Below are positions 13,330-26,329 of a DNA stretch of 64,000 bases, in pieces. The stretch covers positions 615,369,412 through 615,433,411 of the forward strand of contig NC_058130.1 in NCBI RefSeq assembly GCF_016433145.1, given 5' to 3'. The DNA is from Gracilinanus agilis (Eukaryota). The position numbers were made by a program, and so were the translations under genes. The notes under the pieces are model-generated. The model was not told where the DNA came from. It saw only the letters and a list, made by a program, of their open reading frames with translations, and did no database searches. The number at the start of each line of letters is the position of its first letter. The first letter of the stretch is position 1.

Positions 13330-13650
13330 GACGCTTTCCTGGTTGTCTCCCATGGGTGGAATGCTCTTCTTCCTCATCTCTGCCTCCTGGTTTCCACGTC
13401 CCAGATAAAATTCCACCTTCTATAGGAAGCCTTTCCTGATCCCTCTTAATTCTAGTGCCTTTCTTCTGTTGATTATTTCTTATTTATCTAATTCATAGCT
13501 TGTATATAACATAATTATTTGCAAATTGTCTCCTGCAATAGATTAATGAGCTGCTCAAGGAGAGCAATTGTATTTTGCCTTTCTTTGTATCATCAGTTCT
13601 TAGAGCAAGTCTTGGCACATAATAAGGACTTAATAAATGTTTATTGACCT
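13330..13650 (+). mobile_element. L2 3' end
   Basis: aatgctcttcttcctcatctctgcctcc...ggcacataataaggacttaataaatgtttattga. Confidence 0.75.
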
Positions 13651-14746
13651 ATGTTTTCAGTTTCGCTAGAATATATAAGCCCGTGATGCCTCTTCTAGTT
13701 GTAATTCTATGATCTTGGATCCAAAAGGATTCTAAAAATCTCTTAAGGGATTATGATGGACTAGTAATTAAACTAGTATCAGTAAATGAATTTATTTCCA
13801 TAATCTGCTGTCAATTTCTATCAGTATAGTGACTCCTAAATTTGTCATCCATCAACATTCCCTTGAGAATTCCAGAATGTCATGGAGGGACACGACTGCA
13901 TTTCCAGCTAAAGGGGCTTATTTGTGAAAGTTCTTTCCTGCCAAGGTTTTACAGAGGCTCCCATCTGCTGACCTGTAAGACAGAATATAAAATGAATCCT
14001 TTCAAATTGACATTTCCCAGTTGATCCTTTAATATTTGCTAAGAACTGTGGCTGTTGTCTTAGATTTCTTACCTAAATGTTTTCTGTTTTATACTTGTAC
14101 CCTAAGGCAATATTACCACAAAGGGCACAGTTTTATAAACAGAAAATAAATTAATTTGGGTGTGCTCCACATTTTCAAAAATAACAGCAGGTAGGAGGGA
14201 GCAGCGTTAATTAAAATGACCATTTCTGCAAGCTTCTAGTGAAAGTGGAAGAATGGAGAGAAAGATAGTTGGTGTAATATGCTGGACACTGGAAAACAAG
14301 AATGGTGGAGAAAGTTATTGGTGGATCAGAAAGGATGCCTATGTTGGAGTAAAGGAAGGTGCTACACAGGTTTTCTGTAACAGGGCCTGATACTTAGTAG
14401 TACTTAAATGTTTGTTGATTGAATGACCAAATGAATTAGAGATGCCCTCCAAGGGAGTCAGCCTCTTTAGAACCACGGTTGATTCTCTTAAGTCCCCTTT
14501 CCCAGGCTTACTCCTTTAACTTAGAAGATGTACCAATAGCCATTCACTTTACTCCTAGTAATTGCTTGGCAATAGCTTTCATCTGTAGTGATATCCCATT
14601 GCCAGGACTGTTCCTGAAACAATTCCAGATGTGGAACATCTTTCAGAGAATCAAAACACAAGACAAATCACAGCCAAAGGAGACTTTGAAAGCCACAGGT
14701 CTCAAGGAAACCTTAATAAAATGTTAGTCTTTAAGAGATTTCCATT

Positions 14747-14934
14747 GGGGGCAGCTAAGTTGCTCAGTGGATGGAGAGCCAGGCTGGGAGAAAAGAGGTC
14801 CTGGGTTCAAATCTAGAAATGTGACCCTGGGCAAGTCACTTAACTCCCATTGCTTAGCCCCCCATACCTTTCTTTTGCCTTGGAACTGATGCTTAGTGTT
14901 GATTTCTGAGATAGAAGGTAAAGGTTACTTAAAA
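14747..14934 (+). mobile_element. Older tRNA/CORE SINE with internal deletion
   Basis: gggggcagctaagttgctcagtggatggagagccagg...gatagaaggtaaaggtt. Confidence 0.82.
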
Positions 14935-17197
14935 TATATATATTTCCATTTGATATCCATCTTGTCCTGTCTTTTATTCTCTATGTGCCATACCACCTGC
15001 TGAATCACTTTCCTTTGCTGCAGAAACTACAGAATTCCCACTGCATAAGCACAAAACCATATATTTAAAGCTGGAAAGACCCCTAGAAGCTATAGAATCC
15101 AATTCTTTCATTTACAGGTAAGGTCACTAACTCCCAGGAAAGTTAAGTAACATGTCTAGGATCACAAGGTCAGGAAGTAACAGCCAGAATTTGAATCCAG
15201 ATCTGCTGACCCCAAACTAATGTGTTCTTTCCACTCTTAACATGCTGCAGAGAGACAGCTTCTGGAATTCAACTCTCCAATGTCATTTTATATTTTCAAG
15301 AGTCTTCCAGTGGCAGGCAGTTGATAGACACAATTTTCACATTATGTCAGTATAGTTATTCCTATTTTGCAGCTACAGTCACCTTGAGTTTTAGGAGGTA
15401 AAGGGTGGGTCATAGGAACAATGCTGTTCAAAGGAGCCATTTTAAAAAACTCCTCATCCTCATACTTAGACTAAGCCTTTGTAGCAATAGAAAGATAATA
15501 ACATGTTTAAAGACTTGCACTAATACAGATATTCAATATGCTAATAACTAAAGGAATATGTAAATGGCTTCCAGGAATGTCTGGTATTCACAATTTGCAA
15601 TAATGGTTATTATAAAGAGTGAAGAAAGGAGATTGAAATTTACTCAACAGATGGACTACTCTCAAATTTACCTAATATTGCCTTTGTTAGTGTGTTTTTT
15701 TAAAGTAATGAATCTCGGTGCATAGTATTAACTTATAAGTATAATTAAATATTTCTAATTCACTTTAGAGCAAAAGTCTTTTACTTCCAAGTAAAAATAG
15801 TTTATTTAAAGGGCAGGGGGAAAATGGACCATTTTAACTTATAGTTTGTAATTTTGAAAAGGCAGGCTTGGGTTTTATTTCCAGCCATTATCACTAGCAA
15901 ATATATTTAACCTTTCTGAGCCTTAGTTTTATTTGCAAAGCAACTTGACTATATGATAAAGTTCTTTCTAGCTCACACTACAGTTCTGTGACCTTCCTTT
16001 GAATCTGTGCTGGGTAGATTATCTTCTTTCTAGGTAGAAACATTTTATCTGTTCAATTCTATTCAATACACATTTATTAATGTGAGAGAGACTGTGTGGA
16101 AGGTGCTTGGCATGCAAAGACAAAAATGAGCCAGCCCCATTCCCTCAAGCTTCCTACCTTCCTGAGTGAGAGAGGAATTAGTAGAAAGAAATTTAGCTTA
16201 TACTGAATATTTAACAAAAAATTCATTTATCCTTTTTTTACATCACAAATTCAGGATTGCATGTAAAATAAGTATACCTACTTCCTGTAATTTCCCTTTT
16301 AGCCTTTCCTTTCTTATCACCACCTTCTTCCATCCCTTAGGTTTCTTCTATGTCTTATATGGTCTATAGTGAATATATGTGTTTTAAAAATTACTTAATT
16401 CCCAATTTCATCCTTACAGCATCACATATTCAAGGCAAAAAGTAAAATAGTTTATAAAATTATTTTTTTAATTATAGAATAAAATAATGAATTATCCATG
16501 ATTATTAATATGTAACATAATCTGAAGCTGAATTTGAACTCAGGCCTTCCTGACTCTTCTAAGGCCAGCACTCAGTACACCAGCTTCCTGGCTCAGTATG
16601 TTCCTGTCATGCTCTAAGTCTAGAAGAAAAAAAAATGTTAATAAATGTATCTTCTTGGCAAAAATGTTAAAGTCATAATTGTGAATGGTTTTCAAAATTC
16701 TCACAATAGTGATAGTCTATCCACAATCTTATACCTGGCTCCTTAAATCTAGCCTTTGTCTTTGAATATCTGGGCTTTTTATTATCTATTCAAATACTTC
16801 TTTTTCTTTATCAGGCAAAACATTGATGTTTTCTATTTAAAAAAACAAATGAAGGGATTCATTGAATTGGTCCAACTGTGCCCTCCACTGTGTAAACAGT
16901 GCTGGGAACTGTGGATTATTCAAAGCAAATAAGTTAGTTTAGGGAGCATTTACAGTGTTACAGGGGAGCTAAGTTCTATTTATCAAGAGCAAAATGCCAT
17001 CAGGGTTCAGAAGAAGAAGAAATCATTTCCAGGTGGGGTGATCAAGAAAACTTGTAGGTCAGAGCCCATAGTCAGAAATGGGGGCTGGGTAGGGACATGA
17101 AAAACTGTCTTGACAGAGAGAAGAAAATAAGCAAATGCTTTTAGAAATTCACATGTGATTTCTGAAGGCTAGTAAGTAGTTTATCAGAGTTGGATTT

Positions 17198-17395
17198 CAA
17201 TGATGGCAAACTTTTTAGAGTCTGAGTGCCCAAGCTGCAATTCTCACACTGCATGTGAACCCCTTACCCTGAGGGAGGCTGCTGGGCAGAGGAGCTGATG
17301 GTGTGAGAAATGTCCTCAGATGCATGTGGAAAGGTGGAGGGAAGCAGCCCCTTCTGGCATACTCTAGCATGTGTGCCCTAGGTTTACCAACATGG
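17198..17395 (-). mobile_element. Short hAT MITE, same terminal family as 21916-22393, opposite orientation
   Basis: The left end caatgatggcaaactttttagagtctgagtgcc is close to the reverse complement of the right end of the 21916 element. The right end is gtgtgccctaggtttaccaacatgg. No TSD recovered. Confidence 0.72.
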
Positions 17396-17419
17396 ACATA
17401 GGGTATGTGAAGATAAATA

Positions 17420-18195
17420 CAGAGCTACTAAGACCCCACCTCACACCTATGAAATTGGCTAAAATGGATAAATGTTGGAGGAGATAAGGAAAAACTGGGA
17501 CACTAATACATTGTTGGTGGACTGGGAATTGTTGCAACCATTCTGGAGAGCAAAATGGAATCATGTCCAAAGGGGAAAGGACCTAATTATTCAAAAATAA
17601 TTTTAGCAGCTCTTTTTGTAGTGGCAAAGAATTTGAAATTGAGGGAGATTTTCATCAATTGGGGAATGGCTGAACAAGCTGTGGAAAATGATTGTGATGG
17701 AATACTATTGTATTATAAGAAATAACAAAACAAGATGATCACAAAAAAAACCTGGAAAGACTTACTTGAACTGACTCAAAGTATAGCGAGCAGAACCAAG
17801 AGAACAGTGTGTATAATAACCCAAATATTATATGATAATCAACTGTGAAGGACTAAACTATGATCAGCAAAACAAGATTCCAAGATAACCCCAAGTGACT
17901 CATGATAAAAAAAAACATTACCTACAGCTAAAGAAGGAACTCTTGGAATCAGATTGCAAATCAAAGCACACCATCTTTCACTTTATTTCTTTTGTGAATT
18001 TTTTATTGTATGTGCGATCTGTGCATTCTTTCATGGACAAGAATATAGAAATATGTATGAAAGCACTGGTATAACCTATATGAAACTAATTTTTGTCTTG
18101 TGGAGGGAGTGGGAAGGAAGGAGGGAGAAAATCTGAATTTCAAAATGTCAGAAAATACTTGTCAAAAATTGTTTCTACATGTAACTAAAAAAAAA
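17420..18195 (+). mobile_element. L1 ORF2 C-terminus plus 3'UTR and A-tail (5'-truncated)
   Basis: cacctcacacctatgaaattggctaaaat...aaatgttggaggaga...ccattctggagagc, followed by marsupial L1 3'UTR text and poly(A) near 18190. Confidence 0.85.
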
Positions 18196-20109
18196 CTTTT
18201 TTAAAGAAAGATTCAGAGATGAAGCTAAAAATGTAGAGGGTAGCCAGATCATAGAGAATCTTAAATGTTCAAGTTAGAGCCAATATGCATTGTGGAACCA
18301 GTAAGAGATTTAGGGGTATAGAGTAAAAAACAATCAGATTTGTGTTTAGGAAAATTACTCTCATGTAAAATGTAGTGAATGAGAGACAGAGACTCTTAGT
18401 AGTGCAGATGAGAATTGATGATGGGCCTAAAGTAGACAGTGAATGGAAAAGAAAGGACTAATTAGAGGAATATCATGAAGGAAAAATCCATTAAAATACA
18501 TTTATGAAATGTATTTCCTGCCTATTACCACCACTGTCTTGGATTTACATAATGCCTTTCATCCTAGAGAATTCAAAGAATGATAATTATACGATTACAT
18601 GAAGGTCTTACCAGATGCCAAATAGGAATCTGTTCCTCATTACAATTCTATAAATCAAACTATGGGCTCATATTATTTATTCACTAAGGGCTTAGTTTTC
18701 CAAGTCTGTAGGAATTCCAGGACATTATCATCAGTCATTCTTATGCATTAGGATAGGATCAAGGGGAGAGTCTCAGAAATTCTGTTTTCAATGCCCTTAA
18801 ATGTCTACTGTCACCCTTATTTTAGCAAACCTGTTGGGGAGGTTTTTTCCTTGACTTCAGCCCAACTGAATTTGCAGATCTCCCTTGGTCTGTGCTAATA
18901 ATGTTCACTCCTTCCAGAAGCTTCCAAAATACCCAGAAAGATCACAGTGGCTTCTGTTCCCTCTACAAAATCACCTACATCTAGGAAATATCTTGATGGG
19001 GTAGCCAATTCTGTCCCTCACAATTTAATGGGAAAAATATGACCAGGAGAGTAAACCTGGTAGAGTAGTCAGCTTGGATTCAAGCCACAAAGGCAGCCGA
19101 GAGAAGCTTTATATATTCCTGAGATTTGATCGCTGGGGGGCTTTTACAGGTCACAGGAATCATTGAAATGAACAGTAGAAACAGCAGAGCTCTGACCTGA
19201 CTGATACCTCCTAACATCGTGTTGCAAAAGGAAGAAATGGAATTTTTAAGGAAAAATTCCTCTCATTTGCATATCTTTGCAGAGGCTGTCCACCATGCCC
19301 ACAGTACATTCCACCGTTACCTTCACCTCATAGAAACCTCATCTTCCTTCAAAACCTGTCTCAAGAGCCACCTCCTACATAAGTCCTTTTCTATTCCCCA
19401 TAGGTCCCCTTCTCTCAAATCACGTTGTATTTACTTTCAAATGTAAACTTGTTGAGAAGTAGTTTCTTTCTTTTTTTTTTTTTTTTAAATCGTAGCACAG
19501 TGCTAAAGCACCTACTAGACACTATCAAGTAGTTGCCGATGTACTAACTGATTGAAACTACAAAATTCAGATAAGATAGCTAGCCAGACCACACAGTATT
19601 CCTTTCAATTTATATATTTGCCCTGAGTTGTGATCAGGTCCCATAAGAACAATCACAAGCAAAATATTAACATTCAGAACTTAAAATAGTGTCATCTCTG
19701 GAGGGAAATTTAGAAGTTGTCTAGTCCAACACCTTCATTTCACAGCTGATGACACTGATGGCTTAAAAAAAGTAAAAACAAAACTTGCCCACCATTGACA
19801 TTGAGTTTCCACGTCATTAACCTGGAGATTGTTTTAAATAGTAAATACATTAACCAAGTTATCAGAGATTTCGTCTTCCAAGCAAGTGATTGCATTTGTA
19901 ATTTTAGCTTGCCGGATCTACCAGTGGGAGATCACTCAGGGTGTGTGTGACATGTTCCCCCTTTTAGACTTCAAGTTCCATGAGGGCCGGTACTATGTCA
20001 TATCTGAATTTAGTTTCTTCTTCAGTACCTGGTCCTGCATAGGCTCTTAAAAAAGTTTGTCTCAAGAAGTTTATGAGTACAGAATAATAATATTAAGATC
20101 CATTTTTTG

Positions 20110-20450
20110 GTAATTTACACAATTTCACACACACTTGGATCCAGCTAAACCGGCCTTCTCTCAGTTCCTCGCACAAAAATACTTTCCTATTTCTTTGCTT
20201 TTGCAGTTTTAAACTCCATGAAATTCACTTTCTTCTCTTTCTGACACACTGAATCCCCCTCTCTTCCTAAGAGTCCTCTCAAACATCAGCTTCTCCCTGA
20301 AGCATTTCTTGATCTCTCCCCACTATATGTTTAAGTATGGACTTATTGTCTCCCCAATCAAAAATGTGAACTTCTTTAGGGGAGCTACTAGCACAGAGTC
20401 TGACATACGGTAGGTATATAATAAATACTTATTGACTGAATGATTGACAA
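20110..20450 (+). mobile_element. L2 3' end
   Basis: ccagctaaaccggccttctctcagttcctc...ataaatacttattgactgaatga. Confidence 0.65.
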
Positions 20451-21759
20451 CAAACCTATAATATATGAACTATAGGTAGTTTTATCCCTACTTTAGAGTT
20501 GAAGGAACAGAAGCCCAGAAAAATTAGTAACTCATTAAATAAACTATAATTAATTAAGCTGTCCTTTACAACTAGTAAAACAGGATTCAAACCCAGGTCT
20601 TCTAATCTGCCTTCTACATAGAATTCTGCTTTGCCATATATAGTTCTCTAGCCTCCTTCACAACATACAGTATGGAGAAGACAGCTTACAATTGAAGTTT
20701 CCTGCCTTTTCCAACAAAGCCTCAATTTATTGAGTATTAAAGATATCTGAGGATAGAACTTCCCTTTTTGTGATCTTTGCTATTGGTTGCCTTGAATAAT
20801 TAATTCACAATTGCATTTCTATGGCCTTCAGCTTTTTAAAGCAAGGAACTTCATAGTCTAGTAAAATAGTTATATAAAATGGAACTTATTTTAGATTAGC
20901 CCATCCTACCCTAAAAAAAAAATGACTATAAAATACTCCCTATTAATGCATGTGTTGATTCTACACAGGGTTTATCAGGATCATGGCAATACTCATAATA
21001 TTATAGGACAAGTAATGCCTTTTCCTTCTGAGTAGTTTTGTAAACTGAATAGCCTGCCCTGGCCTCAGGCCAAGTGATAAAATTTTCATGCATCTCAAAA
21101 TGAAAATATTTTGCAAATTTTGATCCCTGAAGCTTTTATTTTTTCAACCTAAAATAGGAAGGGAGAGTGAACTCCCTCATGTTTTGCTACTATTACCTGC
21201 TAGTCCAATAGCAATATTCTCCTCTCAAGAGCACTAGTGTCTATAGCTAGATGAGGAGGAGGGAGGAGAATAAAATTAAAAATAAAAATAGCCACTAGAA
21301 ATTAGTAAAGGACTTAATAAGATGAAAAGATTTTTTCCTTTGTGTCATCACATTACCATGAAATGGCTCCCTAATTCTGACCCCCTAAAAATGAGAGTAT
21401 ATTTTAATATGTAAAATTTTTCCTTACTGGCATCTACTAACTCATCTTTTTTTTTCAGACTTGTTCAAACCAAACATGTGTGCCCTTCAAAACACAGTAA
21501 GCCTGGATCAGAATCTATGCCCATAGAAATTCAGCTAGGTTGCCCAATAGGATTGACAATATCTGAGTGATCTGGGCATTTTTGCTTGGAATTGCACTAC
21601 AGAATGGACAATAAGAGGCTGAAAGAGTGGTTTGACAGCTACTGAGTTAGATCACATCTTCAGTGATTCACTCAGCCAACATTTGTAGAGTATCTTTTAT
21701 GAGCAGGTATCCTGCTAGGCTCTGGAACATATAGAGAGATAAGAAAGACTATCTCTTTA

Positions 21760-22700
21760 TCCTCAGCTTTCTTGTCTTCTCTGGAGTCTTTGAAACAATT
21801 GTTTGCCTTCTGAATCTTAATCCTCTCTGTTCATTAGGTTTCTTGTTGTTGATCTGCCTGGATGACCACTTTCCCTCAGCCTCCTTCCCCTAGGCACAGC
21901 CTATTTCTCCTATACCAGTGATGGTGAGCCTATGGCATGTTGCCAAAGATGGCACATAGAGCACACTCTGTGGGCACATGGCTGTCCTGCCCCCAGTTGG
22001 TTACAAGAAAGGCTGAGGGAGTCGGGCAAAGCTGGTCCCCTCTCCCTCTCCACCATGTCTAAAGGCATTTTTTTTTCCACATCCCCTGTCCCTCTGCCCA
22101 GCAGGCAGCAGCAGAGCTGGAGGGGAGTGGAGAATCTGAGCCACTCACCTCCCCCCTCTCCATGTGCCTGAGGACATTCCTCACTTCACTTGCCCCTCCA
22201 CCTCCGCCCAGCAGCCCAATGGGAGTGTTTCCTCCCTGTGTGTGGTAAAGTGGGGGGGGAGGCAGGATGCACCCAGCACTTGGGGGGGTGGCACATGGTC
22301 TGGAAGGGTGGGCACAACACTAGGTCTGGGGTGGGGTGGGGTGGGATGGAAGCAGGGCCTGGCACTCCATCTCTAAAAGATTCGCCATCACTGTCCTATA
22401 CTATTTCATCCCCTCCCATGAAGTAAATGATCATCTCTGCAAATGATTTTCATATCTATTTATCCAGCCCTAACCTCTCTACTGACTTCCAGTCTCACAT
22501 CTCCAAATGCGTAATGGAAATCTCAAACTGGATGCCTCTTAATCATCTTAAACTCAATATGTCTAAAATCTAACATTGTTATTTAACTGTTTCACACAGT
22601 CTCTCTTATCAGACTGGGAGCTTGAGAACAGGTACTTTTGCCTTTCTTTGTATCCCCAGTGCTTACCTAGAACATAGTAGGCACTTTAGTAAATGCTCAT
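21760..22700 (+). mobile_element. L2 RT C-terminal region and 3' end, split by a hAT MITE
   Basis: After the MITE: atctctgcaaatgattttcatatctat...ccagtctcacatctccaaatgc...aactggatg...cttaaactcaatatgtctaaaa, a degenerate ADD...WM...LKLN.SK motif of L2 RT. Confidence 0.72.
21916..22393 (+). mobile_element. Non-autonomous hAT DNA transposon (478 bp, hAT1-type TIRs)
   Basis: TIRs CAGTGATGGTGAGCCT / AGATTCGCCATCACTG. Perfect 8-bp TSD tcctatac at 21908-21915 and 22394-22401. GC-rich interior. Confidence 0.92.
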
Positions 22701-24784
22701 TAACTTGACCTAATTAGTGTCTAGTGGGATTTGAAACCAGATTTCAGGACTCCAAGTAGTATGCTTAATTCACTATATCATACTATCTTTGGGGGAATTT
22801 AAGGGAGTGGAATGGACAAAGCCTGTGAATTGATCAGGAGGTGCAACCTCAAAAGCTAAGCCTTTCTGATTCTAGGTCCCATACTCCATCCACTGTTCCC
22901 AGCTGCCCTTCCAGAATGTTTTTTTTATTATACCTCTTTACATTCTTTACTTTTCAGCTAAAACTTCCCTACCTACTTACTATTTCCTGAACTCTCATGC
23001 ATTATCTTCCAAATCCCTCCCTTTGCACAAACATTTTTGCTTCAGTTTCCTATCTCTGGATTCCTTTGGATAAGAAACCATCTTCCACAAGAAGCCTCTT
23101 ATTTCCCCAATTGCTAGTGCTCCCTTCCTCCTCAAAAGAACTTACATTTATTTCTCTATTTTAAAGAAATATAAGATGATTGGTTTGTATCCACAGTTCC
23201 TTACATGTAAGTACATGCTTAATAAATGTTTATTCAAAATAAAGGATAAGACCTGCATCATTCCTGGCCTTTATTCTTTCCTTCTCAAAATGCCATCGTG
23301 ATATGATTTTGGAAATAGAATACATGTAAGATATTGATCAGTACTATCATCTCATCCATTTTAATCCCTATAAAATACATTCCTCAACCCATCCATATCA
23401 GAGAGAAGAGATGAGCAAGATTTGTCCACATTCTTGCGATTGATGAATTTTCTTGGGGTATAGCTTAAGATTTGAGAAATACCAATAAATACCAATCATT
23501 TTGTAGACTCCAATAGTTAGGATTATTCTGAAAAAAATTATGTCCTACAAAATAAAACTGTATAAGGCTTTTCCTTAATTCTTTATTTCTAAGTGCATAT
23601 ATTCCTTCAAATAAAATGGAATGTTAATGCATAAGGCAAGATACACAAGTGGCTGTCTCCTTCACAGGAAATTTATGGGAATAAATGATGTAATGCACTG
23701 AAAGTGTTTTGGCCTAGTTAGGAGAAAAGCACAGAACAAAGCCAGAGTGGTGGTATAATTATATATCGTGACACAGACTGTATTTCAAAGATAAGAGTAT
23801 CTGAAATATAACAATGATTCCTGTCTTAGGCATCACAGAAAATAACAGAGATTACAGTTAACTGTGGATTTATTTTTGAAAGACAAAAATAAAATGTTTC
23901 AAAGGGAGAGGAGGATGCTACCACATTTTATTCAGCAAGTCCAGAGACATAACTTCTTCATGTGTAAAATTAAATTAATGAATACTACCTCATGCCACTG
24001 TGTTGAATATCAATATTCTGAGGAGGATGAAGATAAAACTACCCTATCATTGATCCTTCCTACCTTCTCAAAGCCAACATATCAGGATCTAGCCAGAAGT
24101 GGGTAACCTAGACCATGCCATTTACGGGATTTGGAACCTGAGAAGAAAACTATGAGATATTCTTGGAAACTGCAACTTGCTAATAATCTCTCAAGGAAAA
24201 TATATACATTTATGTAGGTACTTACATACATATATATACACACACATTTATGAAGCAAATGAATTAAAACCACAGTATAAGAATGGAAAAGCCCAGCTGA
24301 TAGAGAGCAGTCTTTAGGAAGAGTATAGAAATGTTGTATAATCCTCCTAATCTCTTCTGGGATACCCAGGGAATGAGTCACTTTCAGTAGTCCAGCTTTC
24401 CACATGGGCAATAATTTAAGCATGACAACTTTTTTTTTTATGATAACTTGTTGGGGTGGAAAACTATTTATTACATGCTTTATGTCCCTATAAGCAAAAA
24501 ATGCAAAACATATTTAAAAGGATCTGTTATCTTATTTGGTATCCCCTTCCCCAAAGTCAATTAAAACTACTTCATATCCTGTCTATTTCTCATCTATGAC
24601 CTTCTGCATATCAACCATAAAGCTTCTATTCTCTACCTCCCCCACCCTACTGGATGGCCTTCCCTCTAATGCCTCAGAGTTACCACCGTAGGTCCCAAGC
24701 CATCCACCTTTTGATTCCCAATCTCAGTGATCAGTCCAACTTCTTTTCTGGTCCTACATGCAGTGTTCTAGAAGGATTATTAGT

Positions 24785-25285
24785 GCCTCTGGGGTGGAGA
24801 CTTGCTGAGACCTTCTTAGGGCTGCTCATCTAACTGGTGACCACCTTTCACCCAACTCATTCCTGTCTCCAAGAAGCTATAACGTTCCCAGTGGCAATGC
24901 CCTCATAAACTATTGCAGCAGATGAATTGAAACAGGTTCAGAGTAACCAACAAGCCTCAAATCCTTCAGTTAATTGGGGGATAGCCACCCCCAAGCATGT
25001 GAAGACTTCTTCCAGTAGAATGGTGGATAAGAACAGTTTGTTCCAAAGACCATGAAGGCAGCAGAAGGAGGTACTATGGCATACTTAGAGCTTGATCAAA
25101 TACTGAATCTGCTACATCCTGGGACATCCCCAGTCATCCTGACTTTTGTCTTGCCACTGGATTTGGTGACTGTGGAAAAGTGCATGAGGCTGATGATTTT
25201 GTACAACTCTACCTAACTGAAGTCCAGTTTGCCTACAAGTCAAACCATCACCCTGTGATGTCACTGGTCATGACTAATGGCATCT
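24785..25285 (+). mobile_element. RTE-derived non-autonomous retroelement (WALLSI/RTESINE-like)
   Basis: ccccaagcatgtgaagactt...gttccaaagaccatgaaggcagc...ttttgtcttgccactggatttggtgact...gaggctgatgattttgtaca...catcaccctgtgatgtcactggtc matches recalled marsupial RTE-associated SINE text. Confidence 0.7.
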
Positions 25286-25651
25286 CTTATGCTACTTCTC
25301 ACATGCAAGTTATCCTTGGCAATATTAAAGCCTTTTATGGCCATTTGTACCTTCCCATTGACCTGAAGGTCATCTGCAATTTTTATTCTTCAGAGATCTT
25401 CATAAATCACAGCCTTATAACATCACTAGAGAAATATCAGTGTAAAAAGATATAGTTTTGCAGCACAAAGCAATTTGAGATTACCAAAAATGTAATTTGT
25501 CAAGTGGATCTAACTTTCTTCTATTCTCATCCTATTTCACAATCCATCCATCTTGTCTGTCTAAGATAAATATGTGTGCATGTAGCTGAATGGGCTGCCT
25601 GTCAGAGGTGCAGCTCAGGCACACACTTTGTTTAGTTTCCCTTTCTCGTCC

Positions 25652-25800
25652 CTTGATGCCAAGTTATCTGCTATCGTTTCATGCTAATGGCATTATGCCT
25701 AAACTCTTAAGACCCTCTTTCTTCCTTTTCTCTGTTGGATTAGTAAATAGATATCCAAATGTTTTAGAATTTTGTGTAAAGTAGAAGTAAATAGTGTGAA
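25652..25800 (+). repeat. Copy A of an unassigned ~150-bp duplicated segment
   Basis: Collinear with 28566-28715. Shares an identical 21-mer attagtaaatagatatccaaa (25739-25759 and 28654-28674). Confidence 0.85.
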
Positions 25801-26329
25801 CTGGTTCTTCTATTAATAGATGTTGAGGTTGCTTGTCATAGTTACAGCTGGGGCACCCACAGCTAATATGAAAGGATGAAGAAGCTGGGAAGTTCTAGGA
25901 GGAGCTTGATAAGATCCATGTAAGTCAATGTCTTTCTTAAGACACATATATCAATGGGTCAGTATATGTCAATACCTGAGACTATACTATTATAGCAGCC
26001 ATTGCCTCCTCTGTATTGATCACAATACCAATTGAAGTGGAGTACAAAATTAAGATAAAATGTAGTCCTTCTTCATGTGAAGAATACCATAGTCTATAAG
26101 TCCTGTTTCCTCCTTTATAAGATGTCAAAATCATAGGATTCAGATCTAAAAGGGACCTTAAAGACCATTTAATTAAACCCCCTTGTTTTACAGATGTGGA
26201 GACTGGCACTAAAAATGTAATGGGATTCAGTAGCATGTTCCTTGCACAACACCCTCCCTTTCTAAACTGTTCATTTTCATGAAACTTATCCCCCTGTAAC
26301 AATTAAATTTAGGTTTTTATTTTACTCAA

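Noticed and set aside
25652-25800. Reading the duplicated segment as a NUMT or protein pseudogene (minus frame TIYFYFTQNSKTFGYLFTN)
   Set aside because: I cannot match either strand to any known mitochondrial or nuclear protein, and stops interrupt the frames. It is kept only as an unexplained duplication.
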